From Candidatus Aenigmatarchaeota archaeon (GTDB taxonomy: Archaea; Aenigmatarchaeota; Aenigmatarchaeia; QMZP01; QMZT01), in contig JAPLVC010000001.1 in assembly GCA_026397315.1 (NCBI GenBank), forward strand, positions 1-64,000: DNA of 64,000 nt, in the 5' to 3' direction. Shown in pieces: positions 10,459 to 19,070 of this stretch; the stretch's first letter is position 1; every line of letters starts with the position of its first letter. The position numbers were made by a program, and so were the translations under genes. Below the pieces are notes generated by a model that saw only the letters and a program-made list of their open reading frames with translations, was not told the DNA's origin and did not search any database.

Positions 10459-11130
10459 TCAGATGTGCTTCAGAATCTCGCGCATGTCCTTCTTCTCTAT
10501 GACCACGTCCGCTACCGCCTTCAGCTTGTCGGACTTGGGATCGAAGGCTATCGCCAGGCCGGCGATTTTCGAGGCGCTCACGTCGTTGCTGTGGTCGCCG
10601 ACGAACACACATTCTTCCAGCGGGATGCGCTCGGCCGCACAGATTTCGCGGAGGGCGATGTCCTTGTTCCACGCGTCGTGGCAGGTATCAATCCCTTTTA
10701 CGCTGCCTTTGCCGTCGAAAAATATTTTCAGTATGTACACGTAATCGAAAAGTTTTTTGTAATCAGGTATGATCTTTTCAAGGACCACGTCCATGCTTCC
10801 CGAGACGATAGCGAGCTTCATGCCCTTCGCCTTAAGCGCATCCAGCGTCTCGCGCGCGCCTTTCATCAGCTTTACGCGGTCTAACGCCTTCAGCACCTTG
10901 TCCCTGTTGACGCCGTATTCCACCATGAGCTTCATGTCGCCCTCCGCCCACTCCCGGTAGCCTATCTCGCCGGTCCTGAACTTGTCGCGCAGTTCTATCC
11001 TTCTCGGATGCTCGTTTATGCCCAGCGATTCGAGTATGGTCCTCCATATCGACGCTGTGCCGTCGGCGAGCGTGCCGTCTAAGTCAAAGACGACTATCTT
11101 GTATTTTGGACGGGTCTGCTTTGTTGACAT
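10459..11130 (-). CDS. HAD-superfamily phosphatase (phosphoserine phosphatase-like)
   Basis: FDLDGTL, IVSGS, K, VGDHSND motifs. Confidence 0.85.
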   Translation of the reverse strand: MSTKQTRPKYKIVVFDLDGTLADGTASIWRTILESLGINEHPRRIELRDKFRTGEIGYREWAEGDMKLMVEYGVNRDKVLKALDRVKLMKGARETLDALKAKGMKLAIVSGSMDVVLEKIIPDYKKLFDYVYILKIFFDGKGSVKGIDTCHDAWNKDIALREICAAERIPLEECVFVGDHSNDVSASKIAGLAIAFDPKSDKLKAVADVVIEKKDMREILKHI

Positions 11131-11192
11131 AGAAACAGAATTGTTTTCATTTCTTAAATAAAGTTTTAAATAAAATTTGCGCGCGGCCTGCG

Positions 11193-11579
11193 CTAGTAAT
11201 CGCCTGTTTCCACCAGGTATCTTTTCTGGTGGAGCGTGATGCAGCGGATGCCCGCGGCCTTCGCGCTGTTAAGGAGTGCCTGGTCCTGGGTGCAGACGGC
11301 ATAGTTCTTCGTCTTGGCGAGGCGCAGTATCTCGTCGTCCACTCGTTTCAAATCGCCTTTCGTCTGGAGAACCGTGACGCCGGAATTCCTGACTATCTGG
11401 AGCGCGACGCGCGAGGCTTTCGCTATCTTCCCGCCTTTAGTCGAAAATTTCTCCAGCTCCGCGACGACGAGATCGAGCGTGAATATCTCGATGTAGCCGA
11501 GGCTCATCAGCCCTGAAATGATGTCGACCTTGAATTCGACCGGTATCATGAGAAAGTTCGTGTCGAGAAGCGCTTTCAT
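11193..11579 (-). CDS. PIN-domain ribonuclease, Fcf1/Utp24-like
   Basis: LLDTNFL, VVAEL, VDDEI, VCTQD. Start moved to MKALLD. Confidence 0.85.
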   Translation of the reverse strand: MKALLDTNFLMIPVEFKVDIISGLMSLGYIEIFTLDLVVAELEKFSTKGGKIAKASRVALQIVRNSGVTVLQTKGDLKRVDDEILRLAKTKNYAVCTQDQALLNSAKAAGIRCITLHQKRYLVETGDY

Positions 11580-11715
11580 GACGAGATGATGGGATTTAGA
11601 AATAAATAAGTTGCGCCACAATTATTATATTAATTGGTATTATAATTACAGCAACAATCTCCAGCGACTACAACGGCCAATAGCGGATTGTGGGTTTTGA
11701 GCGGTTGGTAAGGCT

Positions 11716-14250
11716 ATGATAAGGCTCGAAAAGATAGTTGTCCAGGGCTTCAAGTCGTTCAAGCGCCCGGTGACGATGCAGTTCCCCATGAACTTCGTCG
11801 TCGTGACGGGACCGAACGGCTGCGGAAAATCGAATGTAGGCGATTCCATAGCCTTCGTGCTCGGCCGCTCGTCCTCAAGGCATTTGCGCGCGAAGAAGGC
11901 GCAGGACCTGATTTTCCACGGCAGCAAGGGCAGGACGGCCGCGGATTTCGCAAAAGTCAACCTCGTTTTCTCCAACGAAAAGAAAGTGCTCCCGGTCGAG
12001 GAAGGGAATGTCACAGTCACGAGGACTCTGAACAAGGAAGGCGTGTCGTCGTATCGCATGAACGGCAAGGTCACGACGCGCCAGCAGATAATAGACATCT
12101 TCATGCAGGCCAGGCTCAATCCTGGCGGCCACAACCTGATAAAGCAGGGCGACGTGTCGAAGATTATAGACATGAACCCGCTCGAGCGAAGGGAAATAAT
12201 AGACGAGATATCCGGCATAAGCGAATACGACGAGAAGCGCGACCGTGCCATGAAAGAACTCGATAAAGTCGACGCGAAGGTCAAGGAAGCCGAAATCATT
12301 CTGCAGCAGAAGGAGCAGATCGTGGACAAGCTGAAGCGCGACCATGACTCCGCCCTGGAATACCAGAAGCTCAACAACGAACTGGAGCTTGTCAAGTCCA
12401 CCATAATCTGGAAAGAGTTCACTTCCGCCGAGAAGAACATGGGCAGCATCGGCGACGAGATAGGCAGTCGCGAGAAAGCGCTCGTCGTTCTGGACGCTGA
12501 AGTGAAGAAGATAGACGTCCAGATGGACGCGAAGGAAAAGGAAATGGAAAACCTCATGAAAGAGGTCATGAGGAAGGACCAGATAGACGCCGTCTCGAAG
12601 GTCTCGAGGCTCGAGGCGTCTATCGAGAGTAAAGAGAACCTCATCGATTCGAACGGCCGTGAAATCGGCCGCCTGAACGAGATGATAAAAAGTCTCACCA
12701 TGCTTAACCGCGACGTTTCGCCGAACCTCAAGCCCGTCCTGCAGATGGGCGGCGTGCGAGGTTTCGTGCGCGACCTCGTGGTCGTGCCTGATCAGTATCG
12801 CGTGGCGGCCGACGTCGCAGCTGGCGCGCACATGAACGACATAGTCGTCGATAACGTGAATACTGCGATTAACTGCGTGCGCTACCTGAAGGAGAATCGC
12901 GTCGGTCGCGCGAGGTTCCTGCCGCTCGACAAGATTCACGCGTCGTCGAAGACGCAACTCCCCGACGGCACGCTGGGCTGGCTTTCGGACCTGGTGCACC
13001 ATGAGAGGGAATATACTAATGTTGTAGAGTATGTCTTCGGCAGCACGGCCTGCGTCAACGATTTGGACAAGGCGAAGAAGATCACGGAAAAATCGCGCTC
13101 GCGAATGGTCACGCTGGACGGCGATCTCTTCGAGACGTCCGGAGCGGTTTTTGGCGGCTTCTACTCGAAACAGGGAAAATCGTCATCGCTGCCCGAGACG
13201 AAGAAATACGCTTCAGACATCACCAAGCTCGAGGAGGAGAACCGGATCCTTAAGCTGGAGATAGAAGAGATCGAGAAACAGCTCGGCCAGTTCAGGAAGC
13301 AGTTAAAGGACACGAAGAGCTTCGATTACGAAACGCGCATGAACAAGATAAAAGGCGAGATAGCCGGCCTCAGCGGGAGGCGCAGGGAAGCGTATGACAG
13401 AAAAGCGACGACACAGGAAGAGATAAACAGGCTCAGGATAAACATGGCGAGATACGAGGCGAACTTCGAGAACCTCAACGTCCAATGGGAAGGCAGCAAG
13501 AAGAAATGGGATGCGCTTTCCGAAAAGGAGGAATACCAGAAAAAGGGCCTGCAAACGCTGAAGGACGCGGAAAGGGAGGCGCTTTCTAAAATCGCTTCCC
13601 TCGGCCCGGTAAACATGAAGGCGATAGACGAGTTCGACGTGCTCTTCGAGGAGTTCGGGGAGTTCAAGGGCAAGGTAGACCAGATAGTCAGGGAGAAAAA
13701 CAGCATCATGTCCACGCTGGAGGAGATAGACAACAGGAAACGCGAGGTCTTCACCATCACGATGACGGAGATGTCAAGGCTCTTCAAGGAGATTTACATG
13801 GAGCTGACCAGCGGCGAAGCCGATTTAACGCTAGAAACGCCGAACGACATAAACTCGGGCCTGCTCATACTGGCGCAGCCGCCCGGCAAGAAGCTGCTCT
13901 ACATAGACTCGATGTCCGGAGGCGAGAAGGCGCTGACAGCGCTGGCGTTCCTGTTCACGATACAGAAGTTCAAGCCGTCGCCGTTCTACATATTAGACGA
14001 AGTGGATGCGCCGCTCGACAAGATAAACACCAAGCGCGTCATAGACATGGTCAAGAAGCAGTCGAAGAAAGTCCAGTTCATAATCATCTCGCACAACACG
14101 GAGATGGTGAAGGCCGCGGATATCGTGTACGGCGTCTCGATGGAGGACGGCGAGTCGAAGCTCATCGGCATAAAGATGCCGGACGACAGCAAAAAAGCGG
14201 GGGAGAACATCGAGGGGCTTGAAGACGTCCCGGACGCGGGCAACAATTAG
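11716..14250 (+). CDS. smc: Chromosome segregation SMC ATPase, short-armed
   Basis: GFKSF, Walker A GPNGCGKSN, Q-loop, hinge (GRARFLPL, VTLDGD..GAVFGG), MSGGEK signature, ILDEVDAPLD, ISH. Confidence 0.92.
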   Translation: MIRLEKIVVQGFKSFKRPVTMQFPMNFVVVTGPNGCGKSNVGDSIAFVLGRSSSRHLRAKKAQDLIFHGSKGRTAADFAKVNLVFSNEKKVLPVEEGNVTVTRTLNKEGVSSYRMNGKVTTRQQIIDIFMQARLNPGGHNLIKQGDVSKIIDMNPLERREIIDEISGISEYDEKRDRAMKELDKVDAKVKEAEIILQQKEQIVDKLKRDHDSALEYQKLNNELELVKSTIIWKEFTSAEKNMGSIGDEIGSREKALVVLDAEVKKIDVQMDAKEKEMENLMKEVMRKDQIDAVSKVSRLEASIESKENLIDSNGREIGRLNEMIKSLTMLNRDVSPNLKPVLQMGGVRGFVRDLVVVPDQYRVAADVAAGAHMNDIVVDNVNTAINCVRYLKENRVGRARFLPLDKIHASSKTQLPDGTLGWLSDLVHHEREYTNVVEYVFGSTACVNDLDKAKKITEKSRSRMVTLDGDLFETSGAVFGGFYSKQGKSSSLPETKKYASDITKLEEENRILKLEIEEIEKQLGQFRKQLKDTKSFDYETRMNKIKGEIAGLSGRRREAYDRKATTQEEINRLRINMARYEANFENLNVQWEGSKKKWDALSEKEEYQKKGLQTLKDAEREALSKIASLGPVNMKAIDEFDVLFEEFGEFKGKVDQIVREKNSIMSTLEEIDNRKREVFTITMTEMSRLFKEIYMELTSGEADLTLETPNDINSGLLILAQPPGKKLLYIDSMSGGEKALTALAFLFTIQKFKPSPFYILDEVDAPLDKINTKRVIDMVKKQSKKVQFIIISHNTEMVKAADIVYGVSMEDGESKLIGIKMPDDSKKAGENIEGLEDVPDAGNN

Positions 14251-14256
14251 AAAACA

Positions 14257-14628
14257 TCAGAACCTGAGTTCATCGCCGATTTTTGTTTTAGTTTCCCTTG
14301 CGCGGCCGGCGCTTACCTCGATGACCCATTTGCATTTCGCTTTCGGCACGTAGATTCTCCACGTTTTCGGATGTCTCGAAATGGGAAGCACTTTTTCCTT
14401 CATGTCCACGACCTTCTTTTCTGCCGATATGAAAATTATGTCAATGGGGAAGCGCATGAAAGGCATCCATATGCCGGGCTTCGTCTCGCCGGGGAATTTC
14501 ATGAGCAAACCAGCGTTTTTTGCGAGCGAGTCGCGGAACATCAGGCCCTTTGTTTTCTGCCACTCCGATTTGGCCACTTCTGTTCTTTCAGCCACGACGG
14601 TCTTTTTAGTGGCGTTGATAATTTTCAT
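14257..14628 (-). CDS. DUF192 family protein
   Basis: KGLMFR, IWMPFMRFPIDIIF, VIEVSAG. Confidence 0.85.
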   Translation of the reverse strand: MKIINATKKTVVAERTEVAKSEWQKTKGLMFRDSLAKNAGLLMKFPGETKPGIWMPFMRFPIDIIFISAEKKVVDMKEKVLPISRHPKTWRIYVPKAKCKWVIEVSAGRARETKTKIGDELRF

Positions 14629-14653
14629 AAGAAGAATATGGTTCCGGTTATAA

Positions 14654-15142
14654 TTATTTCTTCCTGAAGGGCACGAGCTCGATTTTCGTATGTTTCAGTA
14701 TCTCGATGCCTTCATCATCGGGGTAAATCTCGACGTATACGATCTTCGCTATCCCTGAGTTGGCTATCATCTTGGCGCATATCTTGCACGGCTTCGCGTT
14801 GACATACATGGTAGCTCCGTCCATCCTGAGCGGGTCGCCGCGGATTATCGCGTTCTGCTCGGCATGGACGCCCCTGCATACTTCATGGCGCGTCCCGGAC
14901 GGGATTTTCAATTCGTCACGTAAGCAGCCGATCTCAAGGCAGTGCGGCAGGCCGCGTGGCGCGCCGTTGAAGCCGGTCGAGACTATTATGTTGTCTTTGA
15001 CTATGACCGCGCCGATGTTCCTGCGGAGGCATGTGGAACGCTTGCCCACCTGCTCGACGATGTTCATCCAGTATTCGTCCCAAGTCGGGCGGCTCGTTCG
15101 CGCCTCATGTTTTTTTGCTTCCATGGAATTCGCCTGAGTCAT
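14654..15142 (-). CDS. dCMP deaminase (ComEB-like)
   Basis: RPTWDEY, RSTCLRR, HAEQNA, PCKIC. Confidence 0.9.
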   Translation of the reverse strand: MTQANSMEAKKHEARTSRPTWDEYWMNIVEQVGKRSTCLRRNIGAVIVKDNIIVSTGFNGAPRGLPHCLEIGCLRDELKIPSGTRHEVCRGVHAEQNAIIRGDPLRMDGATMYVNAKPCKICAKMIANSGIAKIVYVEIYPDDEGIEILKHTKIELVPFRKK

Positions 15143-15166
15143 ATTATATATTGAAATATATTAAGT

Positions 15167-15796
15167 TTAGGCCACGGGCAGGCCCGGCTCCGTGGGCGTC
15201 TTTTCGTGCGCGTATTTGTAGTCGGTCTTTTTCACGATCTTCGCGCCCTTTGTCTCGAGCTGGAAAAGGATGAAACAGCTCGCGAGCGCCATGACACCGA
15301 CGAACAGGAACGTATATTTGAAGCCGATGAATTCTGCTATGGCCGCGCCTATGGCAGCCGTCGCTGCCGTGCCGACTCCAGTGAGCGTCGAATAAAGGCT
15401 CCACTCGTAGCTCTCGTGGCCTTTGTCGAGGTTCGTGCTCCACAGGCCGAGCCATGTCGGGAAAGAGAATCCCGCTCCTATGCCTGCTACGATTTCAGCA
15501 ACGTAAACGTAAATTATGTTGTCGGCGAAGATGTATATGAACGGAACAGTCGAAGCCACGACGGTCCCAATTACGAGCAGCCTCACTTTGTCGTCGCTCT
15601 TGTCCACGTACTTTGAGAACGGCAGCTGTATGGCGCTTTTCGTGACCAGGAACAACGCGCTGGCGAGCCCGGCGGTGAAAATCGTCCCGCCTGCTAGATT
15701 GTCCTTTATGTAAATCGCCAGTATCGGGCTGATGAGGCCGAAGCCTGTCAGGAAAAATATGTCGGCAATCATCAGGAGCTTTATAGTGCGGTTCAT
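15167..15796 (-). CDS. Half-size MFS transporter (about 6 TM)
   Basis: MFS-like helix pattern with a motif-A-like FSKYVDK. Only 209 aa. Confidence 0.75.
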   Translation of the reverse strand: MNRTIKLLMIADIFFLTGFGLISPILAIYIKDNLAGGTIFTAGLASALFLVTKSAIQLPFSKYVDKSDDKVRLLVIGTVVASTVPFIYIFADNIIYVYVAEIVAGIGAGFSFPTWLGLWSTNLDKGHESYEWSLYSTLTGVGTAATAAIGAAIAEFIGFKYTFLFVGVMALASCFILFQLETKGAKIVKKTDYKYAHEKTPTEPGLPVA

Positions 15797-15852
15797 ACCC
15801 TTTCTTCACTTCAGTCTATAAAAATTTTTATCTAAAGCATGCGCACACACAT

Positions 15853-18060
15853 CTACAGAATCGTCTGGTCGTCTTTTAACTGGTTCAGCTGGTCCTTTAT
15901 GTCTTTCGCGACTTTCGGGCCGATAATCCTTGAAAGGCTTTCCAGCGGCACTTTTCTCAGGTCCGCTAGCGAACGCAGATTCGAGTTGAACAGCATTCTC
16001 GCCCTCGCGCGTCCCACGCCCTTCAGCATGACCAACGCTAGCAACTCTTCGCGAATGCCGTATTTCACGCGGATGCGCGCCTTCTTTATGTGTTTTAACA
16101 AGTCTTTCTTGCCCGACAGTTGCGCGAGCTCGTGCGTCGAATAGAGGAGCCAGTCCGCGTTCGACAGGCGGACGTGAAGCTCCCCCGGCGCGACGCCGAA
16201 GTTCTCGAATATCATGTCCTCTCCGAGCTCGTCCGTCCACTCGAGGAAGAACCACGCCGTCTTTACCGAGCGCACGTAGTCCTCGTATTCGACGTCCCAC
16301 GGATTCGGCGGCTTCTCGACGAGCGTTTTCTCGTTCTGGACCAGTATGTCGTTTATCTTTTCCATGTCCCTCTTGCGTATCGATAACGCTGGTCTCATTT
16401 CCATAGTGCGCGAAATGAGCTGGAAGAGCGCGAACGGATGTATGTAATCCCCGGCTTTTGCGAGATTCTTTATCAGGTAGTTGGCAGTGAGCGGGTCTAT
16501 GTATAATTCGGAGACGCGCTTGCCTATTGCAGTCGCCTCGAGCTTGCCGCTGCCCTTTGTCATTTCCAGCGCGGAGCGGAAAGGGTTGGGACCAGCGGCT
16601 TTGCTGCCATCGCCTTTCACGAAGCCGAAGTCCTTCAGCATTTCCAGGACCGCATCGAGCTTGCTGTTGAGCTGCGACATGTCGCCGTACTGTTTTGCGT
16701 AGAAAGTCTTCGAGAAGAATTCGGATAGCCGTTGTTTTGAGAAAGCGAGTCCGCTCGCAATCAGAGCGAGCGAATGCATGCGGAGGACGGGTTCGACGCC
16801 GAGCTTCGACTGTATCTTCTCCGGCTCGCCGTTTATGTAGTTGTCGAAAACGTATTCTGCCTCGCCCTCGCTTTTCGCGATGAGTATCGCTTCGCCCTCC
16901 TGGTCGTATTTCGGGCGGCCTGCGCGGCCCATCATCTGCTGGACTTCGAGAGCGGGAATGTAATCGCTGCCATACCCGGATGAGAAGCGCTTGAGATCGC
17001 GTATCACGACTCGATACGCCGGGAGGTTAACGCCCCACGCGAGCGTCGGAGTCGCTGTGATGAATTTTATCGCGCCTTCCTTGAAGCCGTCCTCTATCGC
17101 CTTCCTCTGCTCGTTGGTAAGGCCTGCGTGGTGGAAGGCGACGCCGTTGAGAACCTGGTTGGCGAGTTTCTCGCACTGCATGGTCGGGCGCTCGATTGCA
17201 CCGCGCACTTTCTGCGAAATGCGCTTCAGCTTCTCTTTGTCCGCGGCGCTTATCGACTCGCCGATGACCTTGCCGAGATTTCCGGAAAGCGCTTCGGTGC
17301 TGCTGCGCGTCGATACGAATATGAGCGCCTGCTTGTTCAGACGCAGTGTGTCTTTAGCGATTTCGAAGTCGGGCGGCAGCTCATTCGCTAGCGACGTCTC
17401 CTGCTTCTTCGGCTCGTAATGAATCTTGCTGTCGAAGCACACGCCCTTGTAGAGTTTCACGGGCCTGTATTCTGAATATACGGGAACGGCGTCCAGCCAT
17501 TCGGCGATTTCCTCGTAATTTTTTATCGTCGCCGAGAGCGCGAGTATCTGAGGATGCGCGAGCTGCCGGAGCTTGGTTATCGTCACTTCGAGTGTAGGCC
17601 CCCTGGACGGGTCGTTGAGGAGGTGAATCTCGTCGACGACGACAAGGCCGATCTGCCCTATCCACGGGATTCCGTGCCGTAACAGCGAATCGAACTTTTC
17701 CGACGTTACGATTATGATGTCCGAACGGGAGAGCCACGGGTCATTCGAATCCAGATCGCCCATGCTGAGCGAAATCTTTATGCCAAGTTTCTCATACTTG
17801 CTGACGAAATCATGATACTTCTCGCTTGCCAGCGCGCGCAGCGGGACTATGTAAACGACTTTCATGCCTTTCTTTATGACGTTTAGCGCGGCGAATTCCG
17901 CAACCAGCGTTTTTCCGCTCGCAGTCGGCGCTGCTACGACCATGTTCTTCCCGTCGAGCAGCCCGGCCTTGAGAGCTGCCTCCTGGACGGGATTCAGCTG
18001 CGTGATGCCTGACTTCTCGAGAACCAGCTTCACTGACGGATTCGCTTCCGAAAGGCTCAT
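15853..18060 (-). CDS. hel308: Hel308/Ski2-like SF2 DNA helicase
   Basis: APTASGKT, DEIH, SAT, HHAGL, GRAGRP, C-terminal GVGRARAR HhH. Confidence 0.92.
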   Translation of the reverse strand: MSLSEANPSVKLVLEKSGITQLNPVQEAALKAGLLDGKNMVVAAPTASGKTLVAEFAALNVIKKGMKVVYIVPLRALASEKYHDFVSKYEKLGIKISLSMGDLDSNDPWLSRSDIIIVTSEKFDSLLRHGIPWIGQIGLVVVDEIHLLNDPSRGPTLEVTITKLRQLAHPQILALSATIKNYEEIAEWLDAVPVYSEYRPVKLYKGVCFDSKIHYEPKKQETSLANELPPDFEIAKDTLRLNKQALIFVSTRSSTEALSGNLGKVIGESISAADKEKLKRISQKVRGAIERPTMQCEKLANQVLNGVAFHHAGLTNEQRKAIEDGFKEGAIKFITATPTLAWGVNLPAYRVVIRDLKRFSSGYGSDYIPALEVQQMMGRAGRPKYDQEGEAILIAKSEGEAEYVFDNYINGEPEKIQSKLGVEPVLRMHSLALIASGLAFSKQRLSEFFSKTFYAKQYGDMSQLNSKLDAVLEMLKDFGFVKGDGSKAAGPNPFRSALEMTKGSGKLEATAIGKRVSELYIDPLTANYLIKNLAKAGDYIHPFALFQLISRTMEMRPALSIRKRDMEKINDILVQNEKTLVEKPPNPWDVEYEDYVRSVKTAWFFLEWTDELGEDMIFENFGVAPGELHVRLSNADWLLYSTHELAQLSGKKDLLKHIKKARIRVKYGIREELLALVMLKGVGRARARMLFNSNLRSLADLRKVPLESLSRIIGPKVAKDIKDQLNQLKDDQTIL

Positions 18061-18090
18061 AGATATAAGATATCCCCATTAAAATTAAAT

Positions 18091-18384
18091 ATGGTTATGG
18101 CTGAGCGCATGAACGCGCGCGTGCATCTGCTGATATCCGGCGAGGTTCAGGGCGTCTTTTTCAGGGCGAGCACGCGGAAGTTCGCCAGCGACCTCGGCGT
18201 GACGGGATGGATCAGGAATCTTTCGTCTGGCATGGTCGAGGTCGTCGCTGAAGGACGAAAGCCGCTGCTTGACAGGCTCATCGAATACTGCAAACAGGGC
18301 CCGCAGGGAGCGAAAGTGGACGAGATGGAAATAGATTGGGAGAAGTTCAAAGGGGATTTGCAGGGCTTCGCGGTCAAGTCTTAG
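18091..18384 (+). CDS. acyP: Acylphosphatase
   Basis: GEVQGVFFR, GWIRNL. Confidence 0.92.
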   Translation: MVMAERMNARVHLLISGEVQGVFFRASTRKFASDLGVTGWIRNLSSGMVEVVAEGRKPLLDRLIEYCKQGPQGAKVDEMEIDWEKFKGDLQGFAVKS

Positions 18385-18977
18385 ACTTTATAGCGTGACC
18401 CGAGCTGTCGGTGAGCCGTTCCATCGCGTGGCCGCCGTGAAGTATTTGTCCTATGTCATCACCGATGTGGATAAGATTGTTGAACCTGTTCCTCAGTTCC
18501 TGGGCCTTTGATTTTTTATTTTTCGGGCTTATTTTCACGTATTCTCCCAGGCTTGAACGGCGGATTGCTGAAACCGTCTCGAATATGCTTCCGTATATTA
18601 TGTCGTGCGCCAGTTCCGGTATTTCTGCGGGCTTCAGATGCTTGTTGCGGTATGAAACGTCGCGAAGTTCGTTATGAAGCTCGAAGGCGGATCTGAGCAT
18701 GTGCAATATTTTTTTGTCGTTTTCGTAAAGGATTGGCTCGTTTTCCCTTAAGGTCGTTATTCTTACGCCGCTACTCCTGAAAAGCTCGCGGGCGTATGAC
18801 GTGTCGCCGGTGGCCCAGCGCGTTTATCGCGGCCCCGGAAATCACGTATTTGGCTTTTGTGGATGCATCGTGATATTTCTCTTTAACAAGATCGATCAAC
18901 TCTGCGGCGCTGTAATCCTCCCTGAAAAGGTTGTATCCGAACTGCAGCTTTTCACCGAGAGGAATCCTGTGAGGCAT
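18374..18977 (-). pseudogene. Frameshifted hypothetical gene of about 200 aa (two track ORFs are probably one gene)
   Basis: The frame of 18374..18706 stays open upstream to 18823. Removing one G in CTG-GGC near 18815 fuses it to the 18977 ORF (…INALATGDTSYARELF…). Confidence 0.6.
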
Positions 18978-19070
18978 GCCGTCACCAAAATACAGAAGTT
19001 TATTTTGAATCTTGATTCTAACACATTTAAAAGGCTCGTGTTCAGAAAAAGAGAGGCCGGAGAATTTGCT

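Noticed and set aside
11646-13002. Long antisense ORFs (also 18801..19730, 21086..22309, 23485..24804, 35052..36242, 48076..49134, 61922..63142)
   Set aside because: Shadows of well-supported genes on the opposite strand, expected from GC-rich codon usage. No motifs.
14654-15142. Deaminase as the tRNA A34 editor
   Set aside because: Its motifs (RPTWDEY, RSTCLRR, HAEQNA) are those of dCMP deaminase, not TadA.
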